From contig CAXHJY010001226.1 in the NCBI GenBank assembly GCA_964016885.1, positions 34,028-98,027 of the forward strand: DNA of 64,000 bases. Reading direction: 5' to 3'. The notes below the pieces were generated by a model, which was given only the letters and a program-made list of their open reading frames with translations, did no database searches and was not told the DNA's origin. The position numbers were made by a program, and so were the translations under genes. The DNA is from Eledone cirrhosa. Its lineage: Eukaryota. Positions within the stretch are counted from its first letter, which is position 1. Each line of letters begins with the position of its first letter. Below are positions 11,423-25,289 of the stretch, one piece after another.

Positions 11423-13017
11423 CTGCAGGAATATAAAATAATCAACATAAACATCATATACACAGGCTGGAGAGAAATGAAGCAAGCATGTACAATGAGA
11501 GTGTGAGAAAAAGGCTTAGCTTGGATGAACTGAGGGAAAAGCTGGGTTTAAAATGGGAGAAGACTGCGTTGGTACAGACATGTGATACGCAAGTCTTCTA
11601 TGGTCTACCTCTTCTGCACCCTCCACTGGGATTTTCTGGCACGATACAGAATGAAAGCAGATTTTAACCTTTCTAATGACTACCTTGCAGTAATATCAGT
11701 TGGAGGTGAAAGACTAATTTAGAGAATTAACATGGCATATCATATTGCATAGCAATAAACTATTAAAGCTTGTCACATCTAGTAGAATGCTTTAGTGGTG
11801 TTAGTGTAGCCAATGATTTGTAGTAGTGGTGCCTTTATGGTGGTGATGGTTTTTAGTGGCTACATTGTTATTAGTGATTGCAGTGGAATTAGTGTTGCTG
11901 TTGTTGTTTGGTCCATGCCTACCTATTACCAAAGACATTCTAGTCGTGACCATACCATCTTTTATTTTAAAATTGTATCTAGAACTACATTATTTATAGA
12001 TAAAAAGATGAGAGCAACTTGATAGTCTAAACATTGTACACAACATCCAGAAGAGGAAGCATCAAAGCTGATCTTGTGAGATCCATGGCACAGAATGGGA
12101 AAAAAAGGTGGACATTGTGTCACATACACTGAAGCAGGATACTGAGCTGGAGTCTCCAGGAATTCAAGATGGTAATGATGAACAAATAAGTGCAGAAAAA
12201 TGACTGTTTGCTTTGGTCAAATGCTAATAATTAACTAAAGTAACATAATAAATAGATTTGGTGGCTGATATTAGTAGAGTTAATATGTTAAACATCCACT
12301 AACAACAGCAGTATTTAGTGATGAGAACATTTATTATTGATGCTGTTAGATGATAATAGCAAAAATATTAGAGATATTAGTAGTGTTGTTATTGTTGGTG
12401 ATGTTAACATTATTACATTACAGGTGGCTTAACAAGTTACATTACAGGTTTTGATATCAAACCACCCTAAAACACTTTAATTAAAGTGGTCAAATTTAAA
12501 TTCAAATCTTGAACTAAAATCTCACTATTACATGGCAGTTAATATTAGATTTCAGTGGTTAATTATTAAATTGAAAATTAGTTATTGTACTGGACCTCTT
12601 ATGATTCTTGATTATCTTGATCATTAAAACACAAAGGCAGTATATTCTTGTTAGAAATACAACCACAAAAATGTTTACCCCTTTGAACTAAACCATCAAA
12701 ACTACTCTGGTTTTATGATACAAAACTTCTTGTTTTGAAGTGTTTGTATTTATTTAAAATCCTTCCATCCTAATTCTATGTAAGAACGTTTGTTATGTTC
12801 CAAACACCAGGCGAAAAAATGAGAAAGTATTAAATCCTTCCACATTCTTAATTATTTTCAAAAATATTTGCAACTCTTAAGCAGTAAGTTTCACCAGAAA
12901 TATGGACCAAAGAGCTAAAGCTAAATTTTACTGCTACATGACAACCTGAACAATTATGGAGTCCCAGAAACTAATAAAGCGCTGTTAGTATATAGAAAGT
13001 GAATGTAATAAACAAAC

Positions 13018-13146
13018 CTGTTTTATAGTACTAAGAGAGCGAATCACTGCACCAATAGCATGTGCCCACTGATTCCTTTCTTCTTCCCCAGCAGCCTGAA
13101 GATAAATTTCCCGATCTCCAGAAGGCATACATACTTTGAATGTCCC
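13018..13146 (-). CDS. Coding exon: C-terminal half of PH domain, pleckstrin-like
   Basis: tttttttgtttcag|GTFKVCMPSGDREIYLQAAGEEERNQWAHAIGAVIRSLSTIKQ|gtttgt; 129 nt, phase 0-0; PH signature LQA..EEER..W..AI. Confidence 0.9.
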
Positions 13147-13219
13147 CTGAAACAAAAAAAAGACTAAGGATTAGCAAATGTCATCACTTGATTAACAGTG
13201 ATTTAATTAGTTTTAGTAT

Positions 13220-13430
13220 AATGGTTTCTGATTTAGGCACAAGGCCAGCAATTTTTGAGAAGGGGAAAATTGATTAAATCAACCTCAGTGTGTGTGTAAT
13301 TGGTACTTTATTTTATCGATCCCATAAGGATAAAAGGCAAAGCTAACCTCTGTGGGATTTGAACTCAGAACAAAAGGGACGTAACTAAGCTGCAAAGCAG
13401 GGTGTCTGATGCTCTATCGATACTGCCGAA
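13220..13430 (-). mobile_element. tRNA-derived SINE (Nin/Deu-like central domain), diverged
   Basis: Matches the family at 52493-52690 in reverse orientation. Confidence 0.75.
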
Positions 13431-14966
13431 GTATAAATAATAAAAACCATAAAGAATTCTAATGTTGCATGTTGATATCCCCCTCTGTTAGGTCACACAT
13501 TATGAACATCAAAAATTCATGTAAAAACACAAGATCTACAATGACTAAAGAGAAGTTTTATAAGATGTTAGAATTGTGATGTTGTGAAGTAAAACATGAA
13601 GGGAATCGTGAGTAGAGTAGAAAATGATATGCAAGATTTATTAGATATATGTAATATGAAGTAAAGAAGTTAAGTGGCAAAATAATTGCTCAATGTATGA
13701 AAGAGACTCAGAACCATTGCTATAATTTAACGTGAATATGGATGGAGTATCTTGTGTGACAATGTAATGTCATGAAGACTTAGGCAAAATTGGATATCAA
13801 AAAATTGGATACCAAAAAACACAACTGACACCCCATGGTGTAGAGATTTTGCCACCCAGGACATTCCTGGAGTTTTTTTCCACCCCAAATTAAAAAGTAA
13901 AACACACACACACACATGCAGACCAAAAATGCTCCATCTCCACCCAAAAATGAAATAACCAAGTTGTTCTGCCTCCACACACAAACACACATATACATAC
14001 ATACTAACTACGCTACTATATATATATACCATGATGGTGACTTTTGATGAATTTGAGATGGAAAAGGTGAAATTAATTATAGCAATGTTTAGATAAAGAA
14101 AGTTCTAATTTTAAAGTCTCAAGTAGGGGCTTAAGTACAAAATAGAAGGATAATGAGGGAGCTACATTAATAGAAGAAAACAGGTAGATGCCAACAAACT
14201 AAGTACAGCCACTTTAGATAGTTCTGGATACTGATATATTTTATAGCCAGAAAATGTTGTATGGAGGGGGAGAGTAAATTTATAGCTTTAAATCATCACC
14301 ATTTTATGTCTGTTTTTCATAGTGGCATGGGTTGGACAGGTCACCATGATCCAAGAATCACTTCTTGATTTTATGTTCTATATTTTGGCATGGGTTCTAC
14401 GGATGGATGTTCTTCCCAATACCAATCACTTTACAGAGTGTACTGGATGCATTTTTTTGTGACACCAGTATTAATGGTTTATCAATTATTGTGCCTCCAG
14501 CAATTGAGGTGTTATAGTCTCAACAAGACTGAAGAGTCCTCTGTACATTATAATATCTCCATTCGATTATCATCCCCTTTACAGAATGTACTGAATTTAT
14601 TGTCATGGTCCCAAAACAAATATCAAAATAATTATATCACTAAGCTGTTCAATTAAAGTTATTGTACCATATTGCAAACAAAAATAAATATTCCAGTCTA
14701 AAACAAGTTTATTACATTGCTAATATTATTTGGCATGAAGCAAAAATCTCACAAAAATATATTTGGAAGTGTGACACACACTCATCTATAACTTTGTGTA
14801 GCAAAGAAAATTCTTTTTTAATATATTACGGAATAGTAAACATACAGCTTTTTTGTCCATCTGTCACTGTATGCTGTGATCTGTCAAAAATGTTGTCTAT
14901 CTGACACCCCTATCTATCTATCTATCCGCTGCGTTCATAACTAGAAGTGGTGGAGAGGCGGTAAGA

Positions 14967-16394
14967 GTGTTAAGCTCGCAGTCACCTCCTCTCACCACCT
15001 CATTGAAAGACATCCAAAATGTCGTCAGTTTTGAAAACACGATGTCGGACGTTGATTGTAACATCAACATTAACACAAACACCAATAACATGCAAAATAT
15101 AAACAACACCAACCAGAACAACAACAACAATAATGACAACAAGAACAACAACACCAATGATAACAACACCACCACTAACAACAACTCCACGAACAAGGAA
15201 AAGATTTCTTTTGCTCAAACCGTCCAAAAGACGGAACTGTTCACATACCTTGACATTTCCAATGCTAGGGAAATGTTAAGCGATGCAAAACAGTATGTAA
15301 CTTTTGGTGAGAGTGGTGCTTTCAGCATCACTTCTCATCAGTTACACAGAGAAACTGTTCTAAAAACAGTAATTTTTAGGACGGTTTCAAATGTGTCGAA
15401 AAAACCAGTTCAGTTATCCCAAAACGATATTGAACTGGTTCTGAAGAATTCCATGAAGGATATTGCCTGCATCCAAAAAGAGAAACTTTTTGGAAGCATT
15501 TCGGTGTTGAAAGATCAATTGACGGCACAAAAATATTCTGTATCGCCGATTGTGTCCCCCCTTTACACATTTTTCCCCACATATATGGGAAAAAGAACTA
15601 AAAAAATAAACATTTTGAACATTGCACCAAATGTAAACGTCTGGTGGATTCTAACTGGCTTCATCAATTTCGACGAAGACACCATCATTTCGGTGGGACA
15701 GTCCTCCAGAGGCACATTCAATGGTACAAGCATGGAAGTTCTGGTCCAAATGAGGCCAGAACGGATAGCTACAATACCCCAACGTGTGCCTCTGGATGGA
15801 ATTTCACACATAAACATTTCTGTTGAGGGTAGGTGGCCTTCATGTTACCACTGTTTAAGCAGTGGTCACCTGAAGGCTTACTGTCCTCAGTTAACTAAAA
15901 AAAAAAAAAAGAGGCACTACTGCCAACACCCAAAACAACACAACCACCACCACCACCACAACAATACGCAAACATAACCAAAATAAGAACAACAAACCAA
16001 CCTGCAAGCACAGTCCCACCCAACCCCACTCCACCTAAAACCACTGCAAAAACACCCACAAACACAACAGCTCCCCAAAACATACCCCTTCCAAATAACA
16101 CAGACACCACAACGGATGAAGCCCCCACATCATCACCAAGTGATGATGAGGGAGAGCCTCTCCATTCGAAAAGAAAGAAGAAAAGACACCACAAGAACAA
16201 AAAAACAACAAACATCACTACAAACATACAACCACCAACACAAACAACACAAACATTACAAACAAAAACCCCCCGTCCCGAAAACAAAACCACGACATCA
16301 CTCCAAACACAAACACCTACAACAAAACAAAAGCTCCCACAAGAACAACAGACAAAAACCACCGCAACACAACAAGAACATTACACATACATAA
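14967..16394 (+). pseudogene. Tx1 ORF1 (gag-like zinc knuckle, Asn/Thr/Lys low-complexity), frameshifted near poly-A at ~15900
   Basis: CYHCLSSGHLKAYC motif; upstream of ORF2. Confidence 0.78.
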
Positions 16395-16763
16395 ACAGTA
16401 AAAACAAAACTTTAATGGAGGTCATCTCCAACGACCCTTCGGTGAAAACCGAAGGGAAAACTTTTTCGAACTGTGTAGACAAACCTAATTTAAAGATGAT
16501 TAGGGTCCCTACGGACACCTATAAGTCTTTAAAGGAAAACTTTCCTAAGGACGTGGGTAATCCTTGTGTTAAACCCAGTAACCGCGCCCTTTTAAAAAGT
16601 TTCCCCACCCTCACCCCACCAAACATCTCTGTCCCCACCCCGCCGGAAACCACCACCCACCCAGACAACTCCTCTAACACCTCCATGGAAACCGTGCGGC
16701 CTGATCCCCGGGAGAGGAAAAGGTGAGTGTTTTCTTCTCCTCTTTTAACTTTTCAGAACCAAC

Positions 16764-19700
16764 ATGGCCAATATAAGAGTTGGGTATGTGAATGTACGCG
16801 GCCTGGGGATGCCCTGGAAACAAGGCAAACTCTTAAACGACCTCAGGTCACACAGTATGGATGTAGTAGCCATTTGCGGGTCCAGGATCCACAGCGAACG
16901 ACAGCTGGCCCCCATCTTCGATGACATTGAGATCTACGCATCCCCCTGTTAGCCGAGGGGGTGGGGCGGGGTTGCCGTTTTGCTGCGGAAACACCTGGGC
17001 CTCGTAACACAGATGGTACATCTGGACCCGGAGGGTCGATTGGTGGTCATAGACGTTGACGGTAGTGAAGGTGGAGCCTTCAGGCTGATGGCCGCATATG
17101 CCCCATCCGGGACACCGCGGCCAGACTTCTTCAAACGTCTAGAGACTTTTCTGGGAACGTCCCGCTCCTTGCTTTTAGTGGAGGACTGGAATGGAATCCG
17201 AGATGCACGTTGGGACTATGTGGGAGCATGTCCCGATAAAGGGGGGTGTAACATCCTCAAACAGTTAATCGGCCGATTTGACCTGGCCGATAGATATCAA
17301 CTAGATTTTCCGACTGTGCCACTGTGGACGTGGACTAATCGCAGCAGAACATCTAGATCGTACCTAGATAGGGTTCTAGTTAGAAATAAGGATAGGGACA
17401 TATTAAGCTGTCCACAAATGTTCATGGTTGCCTATTCAGATCACAAACTAGTGACCTGCATGGTCAACCTTGATAGAACCCATAGACACGGACCCTGCTA
17501 CTGGAAGCTGAACTTGTCATTACCGACATGCAAAGCCTACAGTACACGGATTAGCACTTTAGTTAAACAGCACTTGACAGGGGCCATTGTCAACAACAGA
17601 TGGTGGTACTCTCTCAAGAGGGAAGTTAGATTAGACTCGTTAGTTTTTAGTAAAGAATTAGCGTTAGATAGAAATAGAACCAAGAAAGAACTGGTAGATA
17701 AAGTAGAAGAGGCAATTAGAAGTGGCAACGTAGCCAGCGTGCTAGCAACGAGAACGGCCTTGGACCAGTTCTTTGACGCAAAGCATGAGGGCTGCGTTGT
17801 CAGAAGCAAAATACGTGCTCTGGGAAACGAGGGAGCCAAAGCTGTTAGCTGGGCCCGAGTGACGGAGGCAAAAAGTGGTAACAAGTCCACGATTCGGTCT
17901 TTGAAGGACTAAAACGGACGCGTGATACGTAACCCGAAGCGGGTGTGTGGCCTTTCAGCGGCACTTTGCTCAGCTGTTCGGGCAGGGCGGCGCGCCGGGA
18001 GGGGCTATGGATTTTGGTCCATACCTCGACGGCCTACCGCGACTCTCGGAGAGCGAGGCAAAGTTCTGCGAAAAGCCGATTTCAGCCGCTGAGATAGGGA
18101 ACGCGTTGAGCCAATGCGGCAAACGCAAATCTCCAGGTCTCGACGGTCTACCCTACGAATTTTATGTAACAATGCCGGACTTATTCTCCGGTCTCCTGGA
18201 AGTGGTCTACTGCAACTGGCGACAGAACGGGAGAATTCCCAGTTCTGTGACCGGGGACGTAGTCACACTAGTCAGGAAGGACGAAAATAAGGGGGATGAC
18301 ATAGGCAACTTCCGGCCCATAACTCTGCTAAACACAGAGTTACAGATTTTGGCCAAGGTGTTGGCAAAGAGGCTGGCGCTTGTCGTCGAGAACCTGGTGG
18401 GAGAAGCACAGACATGCGCAATCCCGACCAGGTCCATACACGACAACCTCCACCTCATGCGATACATCATAGAGAGGATAGGGTGTAAACCCGGCTTCGG
18501 TGGGGCCCTGATCAACTTGGATCAGACTAAGGCTTTCGATAGGGTTGACCATCGTTACCTGGATGCGGTGCTCGAGGCAGCAGGCTTCGGACCCGTGTTC
18601 AGGGGCTGGATTGCTGCAATGCATAACAGCAACATCTGCTCAAGGGTTAAGGTGAATGGCTACCTCTCGGAGCCGTTCCATATCACGCGATCCATTCGAC
18701 AGGGATACCCTCTCTCCTCCCTTCTGTACGTATTGACTCTCGAGCCACTACTGCAGAAGTTGGAGCTGTTGCAGGACATCCCTCTGGAACCGGGACTGCG
18801 GATAGCGGCGTCGACCTACGCCGACGACGTGACAGTAATGGTGTCGAGCGCCTTGGCACCTTGCTGAAGGAATACGAAAGGTTCACAGGAGCGAAGCTGA
18901 ACCGTGACAAGTCCATCGGTTTGCAACTCGGATCGTGGAGGCAGACCGATGCCTTGCGATGGCGTCGTCGGACGCTGGACGGAAGGACCAGTAAAGCTGC
19001 TCAGGGTCTGGTTTGGTCCGGACCTCCAGGTGGAGAAGAACTGGAACGAGGTGTCGGTTAAGGTGTTTGCACTCATCCAGAAGTGGGCTGAGTGCAAACT
19101 ATCCTTGAAAGGTCGAGCGGAGGTGGAGAACACTTATAGTGTCCGCCATCTACTACCGCTTGACCGTCGTGCCTTGTCCAGCCAAAACGCTCGCCAAAAT
19201 GGAGCGCGTGCTCTTCCAATTCCTTTGGAAGAGGCAGGCTCCTTTGGTGAGAAGATCCATCTGCTGCCAACGCCCTTCCAACGGAGGGTTGGGGATGCCG
19301 TGGCTGACGATGCGCAAACATGCGCTCAGGCTGCGGCATCTCTACGTATTCCTCACCGGACAACCGGTGTGGGCCCCGTTCATGAGGCGAGCCTTCCCAC
19401 GACTCGTCTCGCTGACCGAGCTGCAGTCCTGGGTCAAGCAAAGACCGAGGAAAATGGGCGACTGGCACATCAAATGTGCTCAGGCGCTCACAGCCCTCTG
19501 GCAGGCAAACCCGGCGAACAGTGGAGACTCCACTTCGTCATTCTATAGAGGGTTGATCCGCAGCAAGTGCGACGACGTGCTCGGTGAAACTCTGGGCATA
19601 GAGGAAGACGAACTGGCCATTCTGTTCGGTAGGACCTTTCGCCTGGGACCGATGGACAACTTCCCAAAATCCCTGGCCTGGCAGTGCTACCGAAGAGCTC

Positions 19701-20147
19701 TACCAGTTCGAGACAAGCTCTACAGACATGAGTGCCCGGGCAGAGACCCTGCAAAAAAGATCTGTCCGAGGTGCGTACGAGACGAAGAAACCATCGTACA
19801 CATGGGGCTATGTGGAACGACTATTGTCGCGGGTGGGACCAATCCAGTTGACCACCGAGTCCATTGTCATGATCAAACCGCCACCCTCCTTCAAAAACGA
19901 AGGAGAGGCAGTTTTCCTTTGTGTGATAGCTATGGCGAAAGAGGTTGTATGGTGGACAAGGTTGAAAGGGCTGAGGTCAGACACCTTTCTCTCCGGCCAA
20001 CAACTGATTCTTTTTTTCAAATACCACTTTGGAAGAAGAATCAGGATGGAGAGAGAGGTGCTGTACCCCAACAAGTTTTATGAAAGGTGGGTGAAAGTGG
20101 CGAGAATGGCCCGAGTGAATGGGCCTTCTCTCTATATCAGCCTGTAG
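16764..20147 (+). pseudogene. Tx1 ORF2 (AP endonuclease + reverse transcriptase), multiple frameshifts and stops
   Basis: NVRGL, YAPSG, SYLDR, SDHK, WKLN; KSPGLDG, FRPITLLN, KAFDRV, RQG.PLS, YADD; GGLGMP; CPRC...ETIVH. Confidence 0.92.
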
Positions 20148-20681
20148 GTTGAGGAAAAAGAGGAGAGGAAAGGAGTACAAACTCTTCGTACTCCTGGAGA
20201 TGAGGGTTGCACATTTTTTTTCGGGGGTATGTGTTACCCATATGCAATGTCTCCCCCTATTGGGGGAAAAAAAAAAAAAAAAAGAAAAAAAAAAGAAGAA
20301 AAAAAAGAAAGAAAAAAAAAGAAAAAAAAGATTAATTTTTAAATTGCATTTGTGATAATATTTTACACGGTTTTTAATGTAAACTTCCCCCTTTGTATTT
20401 GTCCCCTTCTTTTGTGCCCCTGTGGCTAATAAAGAAACATATCTATCTGTATGTGTGTATGTTCTTCTGGTTTTATAATTTCACAAATTTTTTCCAATAG
20501 AGAGAGAGTCGGTTTCTAACATAGACACAAGACTCTCTCATTGGAATTTACACATCACTAGGTAGATATGCATGCATGCATGTGTAGATATGGATGTTAT
20601 TGTATGTGTAAATGTGGATGTTTGGAGTTGTATGTGTGCATGTGTATATGCTTAGTATCTGTACATGTGTATATGCAGTTA

Positions 20682-22280
20682 TTAGATGCAAAATTTTTGG
20701 AATGTTTTACATATTTTTACTGTTCCATTAATGGATTGTACTTGTAATTTCCTAACTAGTTGTGTTCTTTCTGTTCCTGTGAAGCCCAGCTTCTCAAGAT
20801 TTGTATTGAGGCATTTAGTAACATATCCCAGTGCCCCAATAATCACAGGCATAAATTTGAAGGTATAATCAGGGTCGAGTATCTGCAGATTTCTCATCAA
20901 TTCTGCATAAATATTCTCCTTTTCACTAATCTTTGATATTATATTGGCATCTGCTGGGCAGCTAATTTCCACTACTGTGCATGTTTTCTTCTCCCTGTCC
21001 CATATCATAATATCTGGTCTGTTATGCCTGCATTTTATTGGGGTTTTTACTGGAACATTCCACCAGTAGTCTTTCATATTATGTATATGTATGTCTTCCA
21101 CATTGCTCTAGCTTTTAATGTGTTTATTATCGGGGCTATCTTTTCTACGGATTGCATTGTACAGTGTTTTGGCCACTACATCATGCCTCATAGGTAGATA
21201 GTACCGCGATGACATCTTTGGACAGCTGCTTATGACATGGGTGACATCTTCGATGTTAATTCTGCAGAGTCTGTACTTCTTATCACATCTAGGTGTTTTG
21301 CCTGCATCTCTATCTCTTTTGTGAATCAGGTATTTCATGTTGATTTCCTGTTCTTGGATTGCAAAAGCGTATGCTTCAAAGTGGGAGCCAATATAGCGGT
21401 TGTTGGTCCAAGATAGACTACTTTTTTTATCTATATTACTCTCACTCTGGAGCTTCCTGGCAACATATGCATGATTTTTTGCTGATAAGCATGCAGTTTT
21501 TCATCCATGGATTCACTGCGATACTGCTGAGCAACTTCCCTGGGTGTAAGTTTTTGATTATCACACAGGGAATACCTCTCGAGGTGTTCTTTCCCAATTC
21601 TCATGATCTTATCTGTTTCATGTAGATAGACTTGCTCAAGAGACGGGCTCTTACACTTTGAGGTTCGTAGATGTTGTCGGAGGGATATGATGCGACATTC
21701 AAATGCTGTCTGGACTGATGTTAGGCCTCTGCTTACGTTTCAAGTAAAGGCAGTCTATGTCACTGTTGATGTGGAAGTTTCCGGTGTTGTTTAGTATTTT
21801 TCGAGTTCCAACATCAACTGCTCGGCTTTCGTCTATCGTCCAATTGAGTATTCCAAAAGTTGGTGTTAGGACAGGCACAGCAAACACATTGTGATCCACT
21901 GTTTTGTTCTCATCTATCTCCAGGTATCTGTAGCAGTCCTCATCAGATATTGGTGAAATAGTTAAGCCATTGATACAAATGTTGCTAGATTGGGTTGTTG
22001 TTTTTCTCCGCTTTACAGTCATATATGAGCATTTATCTTGGCCAAACTCCATTCCTATATCCTTTGAGAACGTTGTAACCAGGTCAAGATTTTTCTTCAT
22101 CCCATCCATGTTCTTGGCATAGTGTTTCAGATCATCCACAAAGAAATATGGGTTAGGTTCGTATTTCTGTCCTCCTGTGATCCAATGATGTATCCTTCAC
22201 ATTTCTTGAGCAGAAAGGACAAGGGGTTGAATGACAGGATGAATAATATCACAGAGAGACTGAAATATACCCCTGCAATA
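20682..22280 (-). mobile_element. R4/Dong-like non-LTR element with restriction-like endonuclease, 5'-truncated and internally deleted
   Basis: FVDDLK..FSKDIGMEFGQDKC; RLC..EDVTHVISSC..RHD; RPD...VVEIS; ends in a TG/CATG-rich tract. Confidence 0.82.
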
Positions 22281-22357
22281 TTTTATTTTATCAGTGAATA
22301 TGTATGTATGTATGTATGTATGTACACACATACACATATATATATATATATATATAA

Positions 22358-22760
22358 CCATTTAACAGCCATTTTTCCATGCTAGTGTGTGTTAGACAAG
22401 TTGTCCTGTTGTGAGACAAGTCAGATCAGATGACAGTGTCTTGCTCATACAGAACTGTTTCTGTCTTATTTTCTATGGATGAATGCCCTTCCTAATGCCA
22501 ACCACATTTACAGTGTTGACTGGGTGCTTTTTATCACGGCATCAAAATGACCAACTGACAGGTTGGGCTGGGTACTTGTTCGTGTCACCAGCATGATCAC
22601 CTTACATGGTGGACTAGGTGCTTTTCATTGTCACTAACATAAGAAGAACACAGTGGACTGGATGCCTCCTGTTATGTCACTAACATGATCACCTTACAGG
22701 GTGGACAGGATACTTATTTGTTATGATACCAGCACAACTACCTTACAGGATGGAGTGGGA
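22358..22760 (-). mobile_element. RTE-related 3' UTR or SINE tail with internal ~40-bp repeats
   Basis: Reverse complement of the aggaagggcat/cactgtaaatgtggttgg motifs; repeated catgatcaccttaca units. Confidence 0.6.
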
Positions 22761-23070
22761 GCTTTTAGCCCTTTCCACAGCACTGTGCAGGTGTCCAGCT
22801 TTCCACGCTTGTATGCATAGTTTTGAAAGTGGCCGGGAAGACACTTGGTGTGTGTATGCAGGATGGGATTGGAGAGATAGGTTTAAGGTGAGGTAGCTAG
22901 TGATGGTGGAGTGTTTTATATATATATACTCCTGGGGAACTGAGGACTGTAATGTGCATAGAACTTCTCTCATCTTACCAAAGAAAATAGTGAAGTACTA
23001 CACTATATATATATATATATATATATATACGATATTAAATAAATGGAAACTATATTTATAAAACCATATT

Positions 23071-23136
23071 TATTTCATTATATATATTTCAGGGATATCA
23101 TATTAAAAATATGGTATGCCTTCTTCAGACAAAATA
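23071..23136 (-). ncRNA. Hammerhead ribozyme motif (left arm)
   Basis: Reverse complement of 28213-28278. Confidence 0.65.
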
Positions 23137-24547
23137 CAATATAAACAGTCTTATAAATAGATAGATTTGACATACCTTACGACTTCAACTTCCATTTAAA
23201 AAGTTGATTTGGTAGTGAAAAATGTTAGGGACAGTTATAAAAAGAAAGAAAGAAAGAAAAAACGAAGAAAAAGAAGAAATGCATGCAACTAAATAGAGAG
23301 AGATAGATATAGAGAGATAGATAGAGAGAAGAAATTCATGTAAAGAAACAGAGATAGATAGATAGAGAGAGAAAAAACACAGAGGGAGATAGATAGAGAG
23401 AGAGAGAGAAAAGAGAGAGAGAAAAAATAGAGAGAGAAATAGATATAGATAGAGATAGAGAGAAAGAAAATAGGTAGTTGGGCACCAGTTGAATGGCGTA
23501 TCAATGATATATTTATTTATTTATTTATTTATTTAGTTCTAGTATTAAGGTAGAGAGAGATATATGTGGTTAGGAGAGAAAACAGCCGTTACATAGAGAG
23601 AAAAGAAAAATATCCAGAGATAAACGAGGCAGATTTAAAACATTATGTTTCATCAATGTAAAAATATCAATTCGTATGAATTAGGTATTATAATGTAAAT
23701 ATCAGTATTCATGAATGAGGCACGTATCAATAATGTGTGAAAAATAATGATCATATGTCTAGTTTAAAATTCCTAGGTTTATATCAGAGCTGAGATTAAA
23801 AAAACTGAGATAAAAAAACTGAGATAAAAAACTGAGATTAAAAACTTTAAAAAAAATTGAAATACATAAGTATATATGCACTTTCATGAAAAAAGAAAAA
23901 AAAAAAAAGAGAAAAAGAAAAAGAAAATAGAAGGTTATCCCAGATTCGATACTATAGACTTCCATGTGAATTTACGTGATCAACTCTGCAAATTCCTATT
24001 TCACATGAAAACATTCTCATTGTGCTATAAAAATTCTAGTATACATATATGTGTACATACACACAAATATATATAGAATCTACATTAATTTTAACAATAC
24101 TATTCTTGTCTTTACTCTACATGATTATCGTTCAAGTATAAATAGACAACAGATATCAATATATCAATAAAAATATCAAAAAATTAAAAAATATTAAAAA
24201 TAAAACACAGTATGCCCCGCAAATCAATCACAGAGATCAACCCTTCAAAATTAATTGACAATATATTGCCAAGTTCATTATAAGCATCAGAATCAAAAGC
24301 AAACAAAACCAAAATTATTTACCAAATCCTGTCTAGCAGAAATCATTCTAAAAGTTTAGGATACCCATTTGATCTACAGATGGTCTTATATTTATTATAG
24401 AAGTTTATCTGGTGTAAAATTTATTCGATATATTTGGAGCATCAGCTTTTAGGGTAGTTTAATTATTCATGAAGAATGTTTAAAAAAAAGAAATCGAAAG
24501 ATTTATCGGCGAGTTTCATAAATAATTATAAATCATAAGTAAATATA

Positions 24548-25216
24548 CTACATTTTAAATTTATATTTATATTTAAAAGTTGAGTTCAATCTATGTCTGC
24601 AGCAACTGAATAAATTTGTCCGTAAATTAAGGGAATTTTTAGATTTTAGTATAAAGAATATCTCCTCCGCGCAGAGGTCACATGTCTCAGAGGATGAATT
24701 AAAAGGAATCCCTCTTGAGACTATATTCCAAGCCGTTGAATATCCAACGTTATCATGCTTAAGTTGCCAGAGTAAGCCTGATAGTGATGTTGAAGATTTT
24801 TTGCTTGGATCTGTGAAAGAATTCTTGTGGTTATTATAGCGAAGTTTAAATTCTGTCGAGGTGGAACCAACATAGTTAAAAGAATTTAAGTCCGTTTTAA
24901 CATTACAGTTGTATATTATATTTTTAACTAAGCAATTGTTATTTAACGGACATTTAGATCTATCTCTACAGTTACATTTGTTTACTTGGATATTATTTAT
25001 GCTATTATCGGTATTTTGGCTAGGTTTTAAATTCCTATTATTTATTCTATTAATATTTTGTGCTAAATTTTTGGTGGATGAGTAAGTTAATTTTATAGTA
25101 TGTCTATTGAAAATTGAGTGATACCTATGTGTTCTAGGGAAGCGATTATCAAGAGCATTAAAAAATAGTTTAGCGATGTGGGTTTTAATGTTTAGTGAGA
25201 AGGGGGGGGGGGGCAA
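24548..25216 (-). CDS. Penelope-like GIY-YIG endonuclease domain (inverted copy)
   Basis: PPPFSLNIKTHIAK, CNCxxxxxCPLNNNCL, IIY...YVGST, CDLCAEE. Confidence 0.85.
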   Translation of the reverse strand: MPPPPFSLNIKTHIAKLFFNALDNRFPRTHRYHSIFNRHTIKLTYSSTKNLAQNINRINNRNLKPSQNTDNSINNIQVNKCNCRDRSKCPLNNNCLVKNIIYNCNVKTDLNSFNYVGSTSTEFKLRYNNHKNSFTDPSKKSSTSLSGLLWQLKHDNVGYSTAWNIVSRGIPFNSSSETCDLCAEEIFFILKSKNSLNLRTNLFSCCRHRLNSTFKYKYKFKM

Positions 25217-25289
25217 ACCATATTATATTCCTAGTTCTATTTCTTTTTTGGCTTTTGGAATTATTGTAATGCTTTCTATTATAGTTGTT

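Larger units (their letters stand above)
14927..20439 (+). mobile_element. Tx1-clade (L1-like) LINE, near full-length, flanked by TATC repeats
   Basis: ORF1 with CCHC knuckle; ORF2 APE+RT+C-terminal Cys/His motif; AATAAA near 3' end; tatctatct on both flanks. Confidence 0.88.
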
